DNA of 64,000 nucleotides from Pelomyxa schiedti. Taxonomy: Eukaryota; Protista; Evosea. The position numbers were made by a program, and so were the translations under genes. The DNA is taken from contig JAHLWZ010000150.1 of assembly GCA_020536535.1 (NCBI GenBank), positions 7,477-71,476 of the forward strand. Reading direction: 5' to 3'. This document shows, piece by piece, positions 51,452 through 63,594 of this stretch. The notes under the pieces were generated by a model, which did not search any database, was not told where the DNA came from, and saw nothing but the letters and a program-made list of their open reading frames with translations. Every line of letters starts with the position of its first letter. Within the stretch, counting starts at the first letter, position 1.

Positions 51452-52062
51452 TCACGTCGAAGTCGTCCTGGCTACTGCCTCGCGGAGTGCGCCCAAGTCC
51501 ACGGGCGTGTTGATCTCCTCGGGGCTCTCGTAGTGGGTGATGGTGCCGCCGCCGTCCACGACGATGGCTGCCCTGGCCGACACCCTGAGGTCCTCGACCA
51601 ACAGCCCGTAGCGAGTGATCATGCCGCACTTGAGGTAGTCGGAGCACAGCTCGACGTTGCTTATCTTGTGCTCCTCCTGGTACCTCTTCTGCGCAAATGG
51701 CAAATCCGCGCTGCGTTGTGTGAGTCTGACACTATTATGGTATATTCCATCCACTCTCTTGCATTTATGTTTATTATTAGCTTCTCACACTAATATTTAC
51801 ACAACTCAAACCTTACTACAGCAACGTGAACTTTGTCCTTGGGCCACTCCTTTGCCATGTTGTCAAGCTCCACAGTCTGGTTCTTGCAAACGGCAGTATC
51901 CAAAGACGGCACCGCGTAGATCACACAGCACTTCCCCTCAACAGGCAGAGTCACAGGTGACAACCCAGGATCAACCAAACCACCCACGCTCGGCGCACGC
52001 CCTCCTAATGCGATATCTGGGGCTGCCGCCACACTCACCTTCTTGCCATTGAATGTCTTCAT
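51452..52062 (-). CDS. tpx: Thiol peroxidase, bacterial Tpx-subfamily peroxiredoxin, one intron
   Basis: AVPSLDTAVC active site, spliced VSADLPFAQKR, SDY, YGLLVED, ARAAIVVD, ITHYE. Confidence 0.88.
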
Positions 52063-52312
52063 TTGTTTGAAAGGAATTGAATGACTTGCTGTTTGTTCTT
52101 TCTATCTACTTCACTCTTTTTTCTAGTGGACAAATGGACACCTTTATGGAGGCATGAGGTTGTTCAGGCTTAGTGGTGGTTGTTGTGTTTGTTCAAAAGG
52201 CAAAGAAAGGCCAAAAGAAATATGTATTAGTGGTCTATGAACAAAGCCAAAATCCAAAATTACTCCTCCATAAACGAAGGGGTGTGGCTTGCAAAAAGGT
52301 GCCTAGAATCCT

Positions 52313-53415
52313 CTAGGACAAAGACAGTGCCGCACTCGAATTGGCCACAGCTCTAAGTATGCTGTTGTGGAGCTCATGAGGCTCCAAAGAGGAAGGAGCT
52401 TGCTCAGCCTTCAGGGCTAGTGGGGACAACAACAGAGAAGGGGAGCCGGATGGTGGCGTATCGTTTGGTGAAGATGTAGCTGGTGGGTTGGTATTGAGGG
52501 GCGTGGGGACTGAGCTAGTGCAGTGAGGAGTGGGTGATGCCGGGACTGTAGTTGGAATTACATTTAGTGTACTGTTGACACCTGACGGGTAATTCAAAAC
52601 ATTCTCAATACTATTCGTGCGTCTCTTGGCTTCCTTTTCTTGTCTAAGTCGTTTAGAAAACTGGAGACCACATGCATTGCATAATCTGGGATGCTGTTAG
52701 GATAAATAAGAGTGGGAGTGATCCCGTACGTGTTTGGCCCATCTTTTCCGCGTCTCCACTCAGGTGTATTGGAGGTTCCACACTCGGCACATTGCAGTGG
52801 CTTTTTTACTGGAGGACGACCTCTCTTTCTTCTCATAGGTCCGCATTTCTCATCCAGAGGCACTTGTTGCAAAGACATGGAAGCGGGTGACAGAGATGGT
52901 GCAGAATCCGAAGCCGCTTCTGTTGCACTGGCACCCAATGCAAGGAAGGGAGTCACAAGGGGCCCATACTGTGTGCGTGGCATTGCAGTCCTGCGAGAAT
53001 GACCACCGCCATTAATAGTGGATGACGCGGATCCTTGAGGGAGGGTCGACGGAGGTGGTGGAGGAATAGTGACGGGATTTTCTTCTTCCTCCTCGGGGCT
53101 GTTGGCAGGAGGCTGAGTTGCATTTAGCAAGAACTCGGTGCAAAACTCTCGACCATAGACGTTAGCGGCCGGGGTGCGTGATTGCGTTTCCTATGGTTGT
53201 GTAAGGAAATTATGAGAGAATAAGCGACACCAACCGCACTCAGGTGCATGTGACCCCCCACAAGAGTAGCAGCTTTAAGCTCACGGATCTCGGCAACAAG
53301 TCTTATAGCTAGCATCTCAGTCATTTCCAATTCAGTCGAGGTAATAGGTCTAATTTGTCCTTCCTTGGCAATACGCAAAACGACCTCGGCAATGGGTGTG
53401 ATCTACGTGACATGA
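52313..53415 (-). CDS. GATA zinc-finger transcription factor
   Basis: CAECGTSNTPEWRRGKDGPNT spliced to CNACGL; flanked by Pro/Ser-rich regions. 5' end approximate. Confidence 0.85.
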
Positions 53416-54021
53416 CAAGTTAGCAGGGTGTTTTTGCTAGTGTTAATTACATGGAGGAAAAAAACAAAACACGACACAACATGCCAAGGTGTCAAAAAGT
53501 TAAGATGCCAAACGAATACCATTTTGGTCCACGTGTCTTGCTGCGCCCACATTTCGACAACCAGCTTGTACCCGTGTTTGTTTTATTTTGCTTGGTTGAA
53601 ATTTTGGACAAAAATTGTCACTTCGACGCTAAGTTCTGTGTTTTGGAGATTACCGTTTCCGGTCCATCGTGCACATTTTTCCTCAAAATTGCCTGTTTTT
53701 TGGATTTTGTGGTCGATGCTTTTATCGCTGAATGTGAGTCGGGTGCAAAGCCGGGCCAGGCGAGATCGAAAATGCAGATTCCACGAACAACAGGAAATTC
53801 CACAACCCACGTTTGGCAGCAACGTGCGCTAATGCCCTGGGTTTTTCTGGGCCAAACGACTCCGGAAGTGGCTTACTCTGCTGTGTAGATTTGGTGGGTT
53901 TGGTTGTTTATTCGATTCTCGTGACTTCAGGTAACAGGGTTGAGAATGCCTTCACTGGTTTTTGAACTGGTGTGGAATTCTACTTTCTCATAGTTGCTGA
54001 GGTCTCCCGTTTTCCGTATCG

Positions 54022-56180
54022 TCACATTGAGGTGCACCTTCGTCCTCTGCCATGGCAATAGTCACGGCTTTTTTTTCCTGTGGATTGTAAGAACTCTTCC
54101 TTTCTGAGGGTAGTGGTGACACATACTAGGCTTTCAAGGGGAAAGCCGGTATCCGCTTTGTGAATGGATGATATGGCCTGTTCTATTTCTCTTGCAAACG
54201 GCAAAAACTGGTCTCGGCTTTGTGGAGTCATTTAAAAAAGAGGGTTGGGGCAGCGGTAACCTTAGTGTTTGAACCCATACGCAGTAATCATCAATGAAAA
54301 GGTTATTGAGGTAATGTCTAAACTCATGCGTTTCCATAATCTTTTTGACTGCAATAAGAGACCGTACTATGGCTCTTAGAAAGGGTCAGCCCTATGTGCA
54401 AGAAAGGGACTCAAACCTTGGGCCAAGCTTGAAAATTATTACTGCATCCTGCGCTACTCGAACAGTAAGATCCCAGTGTCTGTATAGAGGGAATGTGAGA
54501 GCCCGTCTGTAGCATCCAACCAGTGCGTCACGTGTATTTTGAGGAGTCTAGGAATGGTTACAGGCTCCAAAACAATTGTGTGGAGTACATCCAACCAAGC
54601 CAACAATGGTGTTAATTTAGAAATTGTCCATGCAGACTCTACTGTGGTTTCGTCATGGGTAGTTCGAACGTCATAGCAATATGAATACATAATTTGCAGT
54701 AATCCGTTCAGCAGTTCCTGAGTGTTTGATATCAAGTCTGGATGAAGGCATTTAGAATCAAGCCGTAGGTAACGTTCTTGGCACACATTCTTTTCGAGGC
54801 AATGACAGGAGTGTTTGAATATATTCAGGAGGCATCTGAATTAAATCGACCTCAGCCTGGTGTGCAGACATTTTGGTTGTGAATTCTGTGTTTGTTGTCT
54901 GAGACAAAGGTTCTTTCGTGTCAGATGTGTCAATTTGGGAAGTTGGGGTTGATTGGGGTGTTGTTTGCGTTGTTGTTAATGTTGGTGCCGTGGTTGCATT
55001 TTCTGGTGTTGGTTGAGTGGTGATGGAAGTTCTATCAAGAATTGCCTGAACCAATGTGGCAGGATTTAATACTAGTAGTTTTAGTGCAGAATAAACATCA
55101 TTCAAGAAATACCGGCACGTTGCTCTAACGAAAGTGATGCAAAAGACTCTGTACAAACACTTATAGGTGGCGTGGTGGATGCAGTGGCATGTTTACAGAT
55201 TCGGCTGTGTTCAACACACCACTGGGGTTCAAAAGCAAGGTGCTTTTCAATTTCTTCATCATCAATAAAGTCAACCCTGAGGGTGGTCTCCACATGAAAT
55301 GTGATAAAGAATGTACATGTAATGGTCCTGTTGCTCTTCAAATTTTGCGTTTTCTTGCTCGATACGAAGGGTGCGTCGATTACTTACTGTAGTGGAGTCT
55401 GGTTCCAATAAGTCCAGTAATTCCTAGGCTATGTGTTACAAAGGTGTTGCTTTTTTTTTTTAAATCTTTTCTTGTTTCCTTGTTTCTTTTTTTTTTTTTT
55501 TTGAACTTACAGAAAACCTTGATATCCTCTTGAAGGGGCTGAAAGAAATTGGAGTAGCAATTATTGAATCCATATTGCGGTTTGCATGCGAGTACATTTA
55601 GAGATTCCTTTATCAATATGTTGGCAACGTAAAACAAAATGAGTACCTCGGCATAATACAACCTCCTCAGGGATGCTCTGTTCAAAAGACCAATCAGGCT
55701 CCCCTTCTGTATGCTCCTCTGGTTGTGCAACACCTTCCATAGCTTCCGTGGCGCAGCTAGCATCACCTCCCACCACTTCGATTTTTGGAGCAAGTTTGGC
55801 AACTCTTGGAGTTAACAGCGAGGTGACCATGTCCAGTCTAGGAAAGAATTCACCACGAACAGCCTTGGGCACCCACACCACAAGTTGCCCCGCCACTCGA
55901 TCAAAAGTAGCTTTCTGACTCCCGTCGTCAGTGACTTCGCAAGGAAACGTCAAACTCAAAAAGTACGGATGGGCGTGGAACTTGAACAGTTTTTCAGTGA
56001 TGACAATGTCCTCTTCTCCCAGCTTGTATTTTCAAATTGAAAAGCGAATCGCGTGAGATCAAACCGCAAAACGTCGGTCGTTAATCGCGTGCGTAAACAC
56101 ACCTTCAAATACCCCGGGATCTTCATAGTGATGATAATGTATTGTTCATCCTGCGTTACACTGAACCTCGGTGTCAACAT
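54022..56180 (-). CDS. SHQ1: SHQ1, H/ACA RNP assembly factor, multi-exon
   Basis: MLTPRFSVTQD, HPYFLSLTFP, FFPRLDMVTSLL, YGFNNCY, YSYCYDVRTTHDETTVESAWTISKL, YLNNLFIDDYCVWVQ. Confidence 0.92.
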
Positions 56181-56289
56181 TATGCCGTAGAGTTCTCGTT
56201 TTTATTTTTTCTTCTTTTCTATGAAAATTTTTATAAAACAACTGGTAATAGATCTCCTGCGATAGGATAGAATAGAACTAGACATTAGA

Positions 56290-58938
56290 CTAGGTGCTGC
56301 TTTGGGTTTTCTTTGCGTCGAGGTACCTCCTTGTGTGTGTTAGAATTAATTCAATTAGAATAGAATTGTTTGGGGAGTGGGCGAATTACATAAATGATTG
56401 ATGAAGGTTGTTTAGAACATATAGAATGTTAAAGAAGGAATAACTAACCTTCTCGCGGCCTCCATTATGGCTCTCTGCCTGGCAGCAAAAGCTTCCTGCC
56501 GTTCATGTGCCGTGGCCGCAAATGAATCCTTGAATATCGGGTGTGGTTCACTCAAGGGAGAGGATGGTGATTGTTGTGGGGAGGGTGATGCTGCAGCAGA
56601 GGACGCTGTTGATAAGGCAGTGTGTGTGGTGGAAGGGGTACTGGTTGATGATGTTGTTGTTGTGTTGGTGGTGGCTGCTGCTGAAGAGGGAGTTGTGGAT
56701 TCGCTTGAGTGAGGGTGCGATGCGGGTGGTGAATGTGGTGCTGGAATTGGACTGGGGTGGACCATGGGCGCATCGGGGGGTGGAGGTGCAAAATCCCCGA
56801 TTACCCCGTTTATCAGGTTTTCTGTGGTGGCTTCAATGGACCCGGTCTGCTGCAAATCGGCAACAATTATGTGCGTTGGAATGTGGGGGAACACTTCTGC
56901 GATTCGTTGTATCTGTGTTGAGGATGAGTAAGAGAGCTCGGAAATAGATGAGAACCATTTCTTGTGTCACAGGGTATGCATGTGTTGGGCGGAATTGACG
57001 CTGTGAATTGTTGCGCATAAGTTGTACAGAGAAAGGAGGCAAGAAATTCAACCACCCTCCACCACGCCATTCCCAAACAGTTCTGAGTATGTCACTATAA
57101 ATGGTTTTAAAAGATGGAGGTACCTTGGAGCTGGAGCTGGAGCGGCTGGACCTGCGGTAATTGGTGCTGCGGCTTGATCAATAGGAGCATTCTCCATCCT
57201 CTGCGGTGGGGTGTCCACTGGATGGTTACTGTAAGGTGTCACTGTAAATTGGAGAAAACGGGTTCTAGATTACCCTAAAAGAGGTCGCCTACATGTGGGA
57301 CATGTGTGATCACTCTCTAACCATCTCATCAAGCATGTTCTGAAAGAGATTAACTGGGTAAAGAATACACAAGAAAGACTACCGGTGGAAAAGGTGGGTA
57401 CAGGGCAATTTGCAGGCAGAAGTCATTTGATCCTGACAAATGGGACAAAGATCACTGGCAACCTCAGGACCAGATATTATTGGGTACCTACGCGGAGTAA
57501 TAAGTTTGAAGCAAAATTGATTAAGTGGGCACTACATAGTGTTAATTTTCTCCACTAGGTGGAGGTAGTTTTTGAAGGAAGTAAGACGCTTCTTTAAGCT
57601 GTAAGAGACCTTTCCTATGTGCGTAAACATGCAGATATCCATTATGGAGAACGAAACCTAGCCAAAACCAAACAATAAGAAACTTTGGGAGGTCCATTGG
57701 TAAACATACCCCACGAATTGTCACAATATACATATAGTAGCCTAATGTGGCAACCAAAAACCCCAGCTCGAGAACCAGGTCAGCATAATAAGAATATGCA
57801 CCTCTAAAGTAATTGCCATTGGAATGTGTACATTGTTAGGCAGGGTGATACCGTTGTTCCCATATACCGTCATGTTGACGTTCAATGATAGCTATTACGG
57901 ACTGAAGGAGTGGTTGAAGGATCTTGCAGCATAAAGTGAAGCACTGTATAAAAAAGTGTAAAGGTTAATATGTATATGAGATTGATTTTACCTCAAAGGA
58001 GACCAGAACTAATAGTGATCCACTGCAGGTGGAAAATACCACACAAAACAGTAAAATATCCATGAGCATTAAAGCAATCAAAATATAGTCCATTTTGTGA
58101 GATTCTTCATTAGGGTGTGCCAGCCTAATCTAGAAGGAGAAGGAGTGATTACCAAGGATCATTACTGCAAGTTACGCACATATTCGGCTCGCTCTTTTGA
58201 CAATAAAGTAAAAGCAGAAATGAACTCACTACAACCAAATACTACAGCAGAGATAATGTTGCCATATTGAGGTAGAGAGTTGGCTAAAAGTCCTAAGAAT
58301 CCCACTTTCAGCATGACGTGAGAGGATGTTTGTTCTTTCAAATGCTTTTTGTGGTGGTTGTCACTTAGTATGTTTGTTATTTAGTAAAAAAAACAGCTAA
58401 AGGGGTTTTGCAATTCCCATAACCGAATCCTAATCCAAAAAGAAATCATACAAACATGCACACCTTCGACTCTGAGACCCTGAGGCGACCATATAAAAGG
58501 CGGATTGCTATTCTACCAGTCAGCAACAAATATGCATACATGGAATTTATGGCCTGCACCCGAACATAAATTAGGGGAGGAAAACAAAAAAGGGAATCCC
58601 ATGATTGAGTGCACGTACCACCATAACAGCAGGAAATGATGTCCAAAACTCCAACAACTGGCTGCGCGGTACTGAGTACAATGACCAACCGGCAACTAAT
58701 GCCCACAGTGAAAAACTGACCACAAAGTAGAGTGGCATGTCAAGGTCAAGGTGTGACTCGACGAAATCACCCACACAAGTTCGGTTTGTTGCAAATTAAT
58801 CAGATCTGGGGGCCTTTTGGAAAACTTGAGCATCCACCCTTCGAATCTCTGGTGGTCTGATCTGGAAAGAACGTGGCACCGTCGTTCTCAGTCTGGGTAG
58901 AAGTGGCAAAAAGCTCAGGGTTAAAAATGGTCTCATTC
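56290..58938 (-). CDS. AMFR: gp78/AMFR-type ERAD E3 ubiquitin ligase (TM region + RING-H2 + CUE + G2BR)
   Basis: CPICQDQMTSACKLPCTHLFH..CLMRWLESDHTCPTCR; CUE MFPHIP..DLQQTGSIEAT; G2BR-like ERQEAFAARQRAIMEAARRRYL; hydrophobic 5' exons. Start uncertain. Confidence 0.85.
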
Positions 58939-59081
58939 CCGTGAAAGGAAAACTTCGCATAATTCCAATTGCAGGAAAGGGTAATATCAAGAGGCACGAT
59001 ACATTTTTTCAAAAAAAAAAAAAAAAAACAACAAAGCAACCGACACATAACACACGACGACATTTGTTCATACAAAACAAC

Positions 59082-62000
59082 ATGCCAAAGAGATCTGTGC
59101 TTGACGACGATCAGTGGAAGACCGTACACGAGAGGACCGATGCTGTATTGCACAACTTCGAGGGTCGTTTCCGTATCGCGTTCAGGGAGACATGGTTGGA
59201 GGTGTTGCGAAACTTCGACAACGAACAGAGGATAGAGCACCACGAAAAGGAAAAACGTGCCAGGAAAGGACCTAAAAATTACGATAGGAAACTGTACACA
59301 GTGAGTCGTTGTCTTTTTAGTTTTGTATTTCCTAAGTTTTCACTTACTTTAATACAGGGCAAATCCGATGAAGTCGCCTTGCGTATTTGCGACTGGGTTA
59401 TTCTTGGTACCACCTCTTCAATGTACCCCTTTGCTAACCTTTGAATAGATGAGGATGTTGATCCATTTATCATGTACGTGATCAAGTCTACTGCCGGAGA
59501 CAATTCCGCTTGCGTCTATCGCCGTTACGATCAGTTCAAACAACTCTCAACTGCTGTAAGTTCTCAGACTATTGCAATTCTTCCCGAGCAGTCCACTGGT
59601 TTCCTTGGCTGGAAGCGCAAGAAAAGAACCTCAGCTGAATACGCGCAAACAAGGCTTCCCAAGCTCCATAAGTATTTGCAAGTCCTTCTCCAGAATAAGG
59701 CAATTCAGAACTCCAAAGCCTTCAGGAGCTGGTTGGGCATAGGTAAAAACCAATTATCAAGAATTTGTGTTCTTATCGCTTCAAAGGGGCTGACAACGAT
59801 ACTGTTATCCAAGATGCTTTTACCCTTGCCTTTGGTCAATTAGTTAGTGAAAAGCACCAAGTGTACTATGACGATCCCGTGGAAGCCATTTGCAAATTCA
59901 TCGTTGAAGAGATCTTTGAGAGTTTTGGTCCCATAGTGAAGAGTCAAGGGAGAAACACCAAGGAAAGCAACAAACTTATTCAAGCTGCCTACCTCGAAGT
60001 TGCCCAGGATGTGGCCACAAAAGTAGCACCCAAGTGGGAAGGTTGCCAACACTATTTTGGATGTGTCATGTTTACTCCCCTCAGAGATGCTTTCCGAGGC
60101 CGTCACGATCAAGGGAGCAAACAGCAAGGTGTCTCCAACAAGCGTTCTTCACACAGAGGCAGATTTGAAGGTGGATATGAAAAGGGTCATGTTTACAGGT
60201 TTGTTCTTGCCGTTATATGTGCCCTTTTTTTAATAAAAAAAAAAGAAATGACACACATTTGCGGCCAATTCCCTCAGTTCATGGAAATTTTCATGCGATC
60301 TCTCGAGCCTCTCACAGTAGAAATACTGGCCAAAAACAAAAAAGCCAAAGACGATCTGGTAGCTGAAGTTTATAAAAATATACGCAGGGAAACAACCAGC
60401 TCATCGAAAGAAGAACGAGAAACGGAAGTCGCCCATTGGGTGATGGACTTGCAACAAGCTGCTGTCAAATTAAAGAATTCTGTAGCAACTACGGTATTTC
60501 ATATTTCTCTTCTTTTTGGTTGACACCCTCCCAGGTCGATGAAAAGATGAAGCAGATAATGGAAAGTATTGTAAAGCAGTTTGAGACCAAGGTGAGCATT
60601 GATTCTGTTCTTGAAATTTAAATTACTAACTTCAATCTAGTCGATTGTTCAAGGTTTGGGACAGCTTGTGAAAGTCATTGCTCAATTCCACAGTGTCATC
60701 AAGTCAGTGTTCAAGTTTTTCAATCCCCGAAACCAGGCTACCGTGGTATGCTTCATTGTTGCTGTGGATTTCTTCTAAACTTTCTCAGTTCAAATCAATA
60801 TTGAAAGCAAAAGAAAATCAAATCCACCACCTTACGAAGGCGGATGCCTCTGGTGAAAGCGAGTTTTTGAAAAAAATAGAGAAAGGTGAAGCCGTTCTTC
60901 AGGAACGAATATGGCGTTCTCATCGTGATATGAAGGTAGCCCACAAATCTGCTATGGACTGTTTTCTTATTTTTGATAGTTTGATGCCTGGAGGGTCGTT
61001 TACGATTTGAGAAAATGGCTGCACACAAGTAAGCAACCAAGCAAGCAAGATCTTGGTCCCATGTTGGGAGCTCTCCATGAAATCTTACTCAAAGTGGCTC
61101 TTCTAAACAAGCAATTCTTCCAGAAGCTCGTTTTCCGCACCAATGACTACCTTATCTCCCATGTCAAAGAAAAACTCAGCGCTACAAAAGAAGCCAAGAC
61201 AGAATTTGTACGAGACGCTTTGCAACAAGGAATGGATAAAGCCATCAAGTTCTTCTACAAACACGGCTACAATGTACTTTCTCACTCGTCTGGTGTATTT
61301 CATTTGACTTTTTTCGTAGCTTCTTGTGGATTGTATAATGAAATTGTTCTGCAAGTCACTCGTCCCTGCCGTTTCACAAACTGTCTTTGTGTCGAAGTCA
61401 GTTCAGACCGCCATGGAACATGTCCGTATTCCAAAGGAAGCGGAGGCTTTCCTTCATCCACATTTAATTGCCAATGCATGCATCGAAGAGCTTCTGAGTA
61501 AGTTATTCTTCATTTGCTTATCCTTCTAATCCAAGTTCACAGTGGATGGAATTAAGAGCCGGCTGGAAGGGTGGCTTCACGGAGTTCTTGTATCTAGCGC
61601 CAGTGGTGCTCCTAAAGCCACAACTACCACCACGACTACAAGCACCACTCCGGCAGCGAAGGCACCAGTCAAGCAGACAGGTGCCAAGGCGGGTGCCGCA
61701 GCACCGACAGGAGGAAAGCGTTCCGTTTCTGGCAGTCGTTCGAGAAGTGGCTCCCGCTCCCGCTCCGGCTCTGGCTCCAGAAGTGGGTCTGGCTCAAAAA
61801 GTGGCTCTGGAAGCAGGTCACGAAGTGGATCCGGGTCTGGCTCCAGATCGAGAAGTGGATCGGGGTCTGGATCCAGATCGAGAAGCGGATCTGGCTCTGG
61901 CTCAAGGTCTAAGAGTGGATCAGGCTCAAGAAGCGGCTCTGGCTCCGTATCAGGCTCTCGATCTCGCTCTGGGTCAGGATCGAGAAGCGGCTCTGGTTCA

Positions 62001-62681
62001 AGGTCTAAGAGTGGATCAGGCTCAAGAAGCGGCTCTGGCTCGAGGTCTAAGAGCGGATCAGGATCCAAGAGCGGATCAGGGTCCAAGAGCGGTTCTGGGT
62101 CCAAGAGTGGCTCAGGCTCTAGGAGTGGATCAGGATCAAGGACCGGGTCTGGATCCAAGTCTGGGCCTGTCAAGGCAGAAGTAATGCCCATCTTTGGAGG
62201 TGCTGCCAAGGCACCTGCAGTTAATGTGACTGCCTCGGCCACAGCCACCACCCCAGCGGCAACCAAAGCCCCCGCTCTTGCTGTCACCGCCACCGTATCA
62301 ACTCCCAAAGCCACAGTATCCGCTACAACACCAGCCGCCACCGTGGCAGTGAAAACAGGCACCCCCGCTGCCTCTGTGACAGTCAAGGCCGATGTCAAGA
62401 AGTCAGGATCAGGGTCAGGCAGCCGCTCCGGCTCTGGGAGCCGCTCTGGTTCCGGTAGCCGCTCTGGCTCTGGCTCTGGCTCGCGCTCCAAGTCTGGCAG
62501 CGGCTCCAAGTCCAAGTCGGGCTCCGGCTCGCGCTCCAAGTCAGGCAGTGGCTCCAAGTCAAAATCCAAGTCAGGCTCTGGCTCTGTGTCAGGCTCCCGA
62601 TCCGGCTCCGGCTCCCGCTCCGGTTCTGGATCGCGCTCTGGTTCTGGCTCTCGTTCTGGGTCTGGTTCTCGCTCGAACTAA
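59082..62681 (+). CDS. PX-domain / Niban(FAM129)-like protein with a long Ser-Gly-Arg repeat tail
   Basis: LDDDQWKTVHERTDAVLHNF (Niban-like start); PX VYRRYDQFKQL..ILP..RLPKLHKYLQ..FRSWL; helical domain; the last exon (61542-62681) splices in frame. Confidence 0.7.
61725..62165 (+). repeat. Coding low-complexity repeat block 1, (SGSRSRSGSG)-type
   Basis: Direct translation; synonymous codons vary between units. Confidence 0.9.
62400..62678 (+). repeat. Coding low-complexity repeat block 2, (SGSRSGSG/SKSG)-type
   Basis: Direct translation of the + strand. Confidence 0.9.
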
Positions 62682-62904
62682 ACACACCCAGCCTATACAA
62701 CAACAACAACAACCTGAGCCTTCTTGACTTTTCAATATACAAACTTTTTCCTTCGTATTCTTTTCATTTCGTTTCGAATTTATTTTTTTCAAATATTTTG
62801 TTTCGACGCGATCCCAAGGGAACAGCCCCAAATTCGGGGGTATAAATACAGATAATCTATGTATTACTTCGAGTTTCCAACAGAGAAGGAGCGGGTGATA
62901 CACA

Positions 62905-63594
62905 ATGAACAAGAACAAAGGAATGGGTGAAGAAACAGAAACGGCGCAAGAGCAACAACAGGCAAATGAGAGTATCTCTTCGTTCATGGACAACATGGGA
63001 ACTGTGATATCAGCCCACTATGACAACCGCGTTCCTCGCCAAGCCGTAATCAGTGCTCTTCACACGCATGGTGGCGATGTTCTGCACACACTGAAGGACC
63101 TCAACGACTTTGTTGCCAAGCAGAGGCCCGCAATGTCAGCCGCTTCGACTTGTACTTCTACTTCGCCCTGCAGCTCATCGTCATCAAGCTCTTCAGCTGG
63201 TTCAATTGGCTCCGCTTCTTGTTCCTCCGCTGTGAGTTCTTCAAGTGGCACGTCGTCAGCGTCATCTTCGTCGGCCGTGGCATCAACAGCAAGTGCATCT
63301 TCGTCCTCGGCCGTTGCGTCTGCTGCCTCATCGTCTGCTGTTGCTGCTGGAATTGGTGCAGTATCATCATCGCCCGACGAGATCGTGGTGGCTGTGATAA
63401 GGGCGTATTTTGACGTCCCGTCGTGCGGCGAAGTAGCCAAGTGCCTGGCCGAGAGCGGGGGAGACATTCTCACGTGCCTCAAGAAACTCCACATGCGTCA
63501 GACTCAGCGCGAAATGGAAACAGCGGCAACAACGACCACCGCGCCGGAGAACCGCGATAGTACAACAACAAGCCCTATGACGCCAAAGCTCTAG
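62905..63594 (+). CDS. Intronless protein with two UBA/CUE-like helical modules separated by a poly-Ser/Ala linker
   Basis: VPRQAVISALHTHGGDVLHTLKDL and VPSCGEVAKCLAESGGDILTCLKKL share the (A/C)L...GGD(V/I)L..L pattern. Confidence 0.6.
   Translation: MNKNKGMGEETETAQEQQQANESISSFMDNMGTVISAHYDNRVPRQAVISALHTHGGDVLHTLKDLNDFVAKQRPAMSAASTCTSTSPCSSSSSSSSAGSIGSASCSSAVSSSSGTSSASSSSAVASTASASSSSAVASAASSSAVAAGIGAVSSSPDEIVVAVIRAYFDVPSCGEVAKCLAESGGDILTCLKKLHMRQTQREMETAATTTTAPENRDSTTTSPMTPKL

Noticed and set aside
50195-51793. Several long overlapping ORFs on both strands (200, 280, 168 aa)
   Set aside because: By-products of the GC-rich first exon of the ankyrin gene and of tpx; no domain signal.
53428-53888. 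145-aa and 134-aa plus-strand ORFs between GATA and SHQ1
   Set aside because: No motifs and T-rich composition; more likely upstream regulatory DNA of the GATA gene.
61577-62569. 330-aa antisense ORF of DLDPEP repeats and a 212-aa alternate-frame ORF
   Set aside because: Shadow frames of the SGSR coding repeat.
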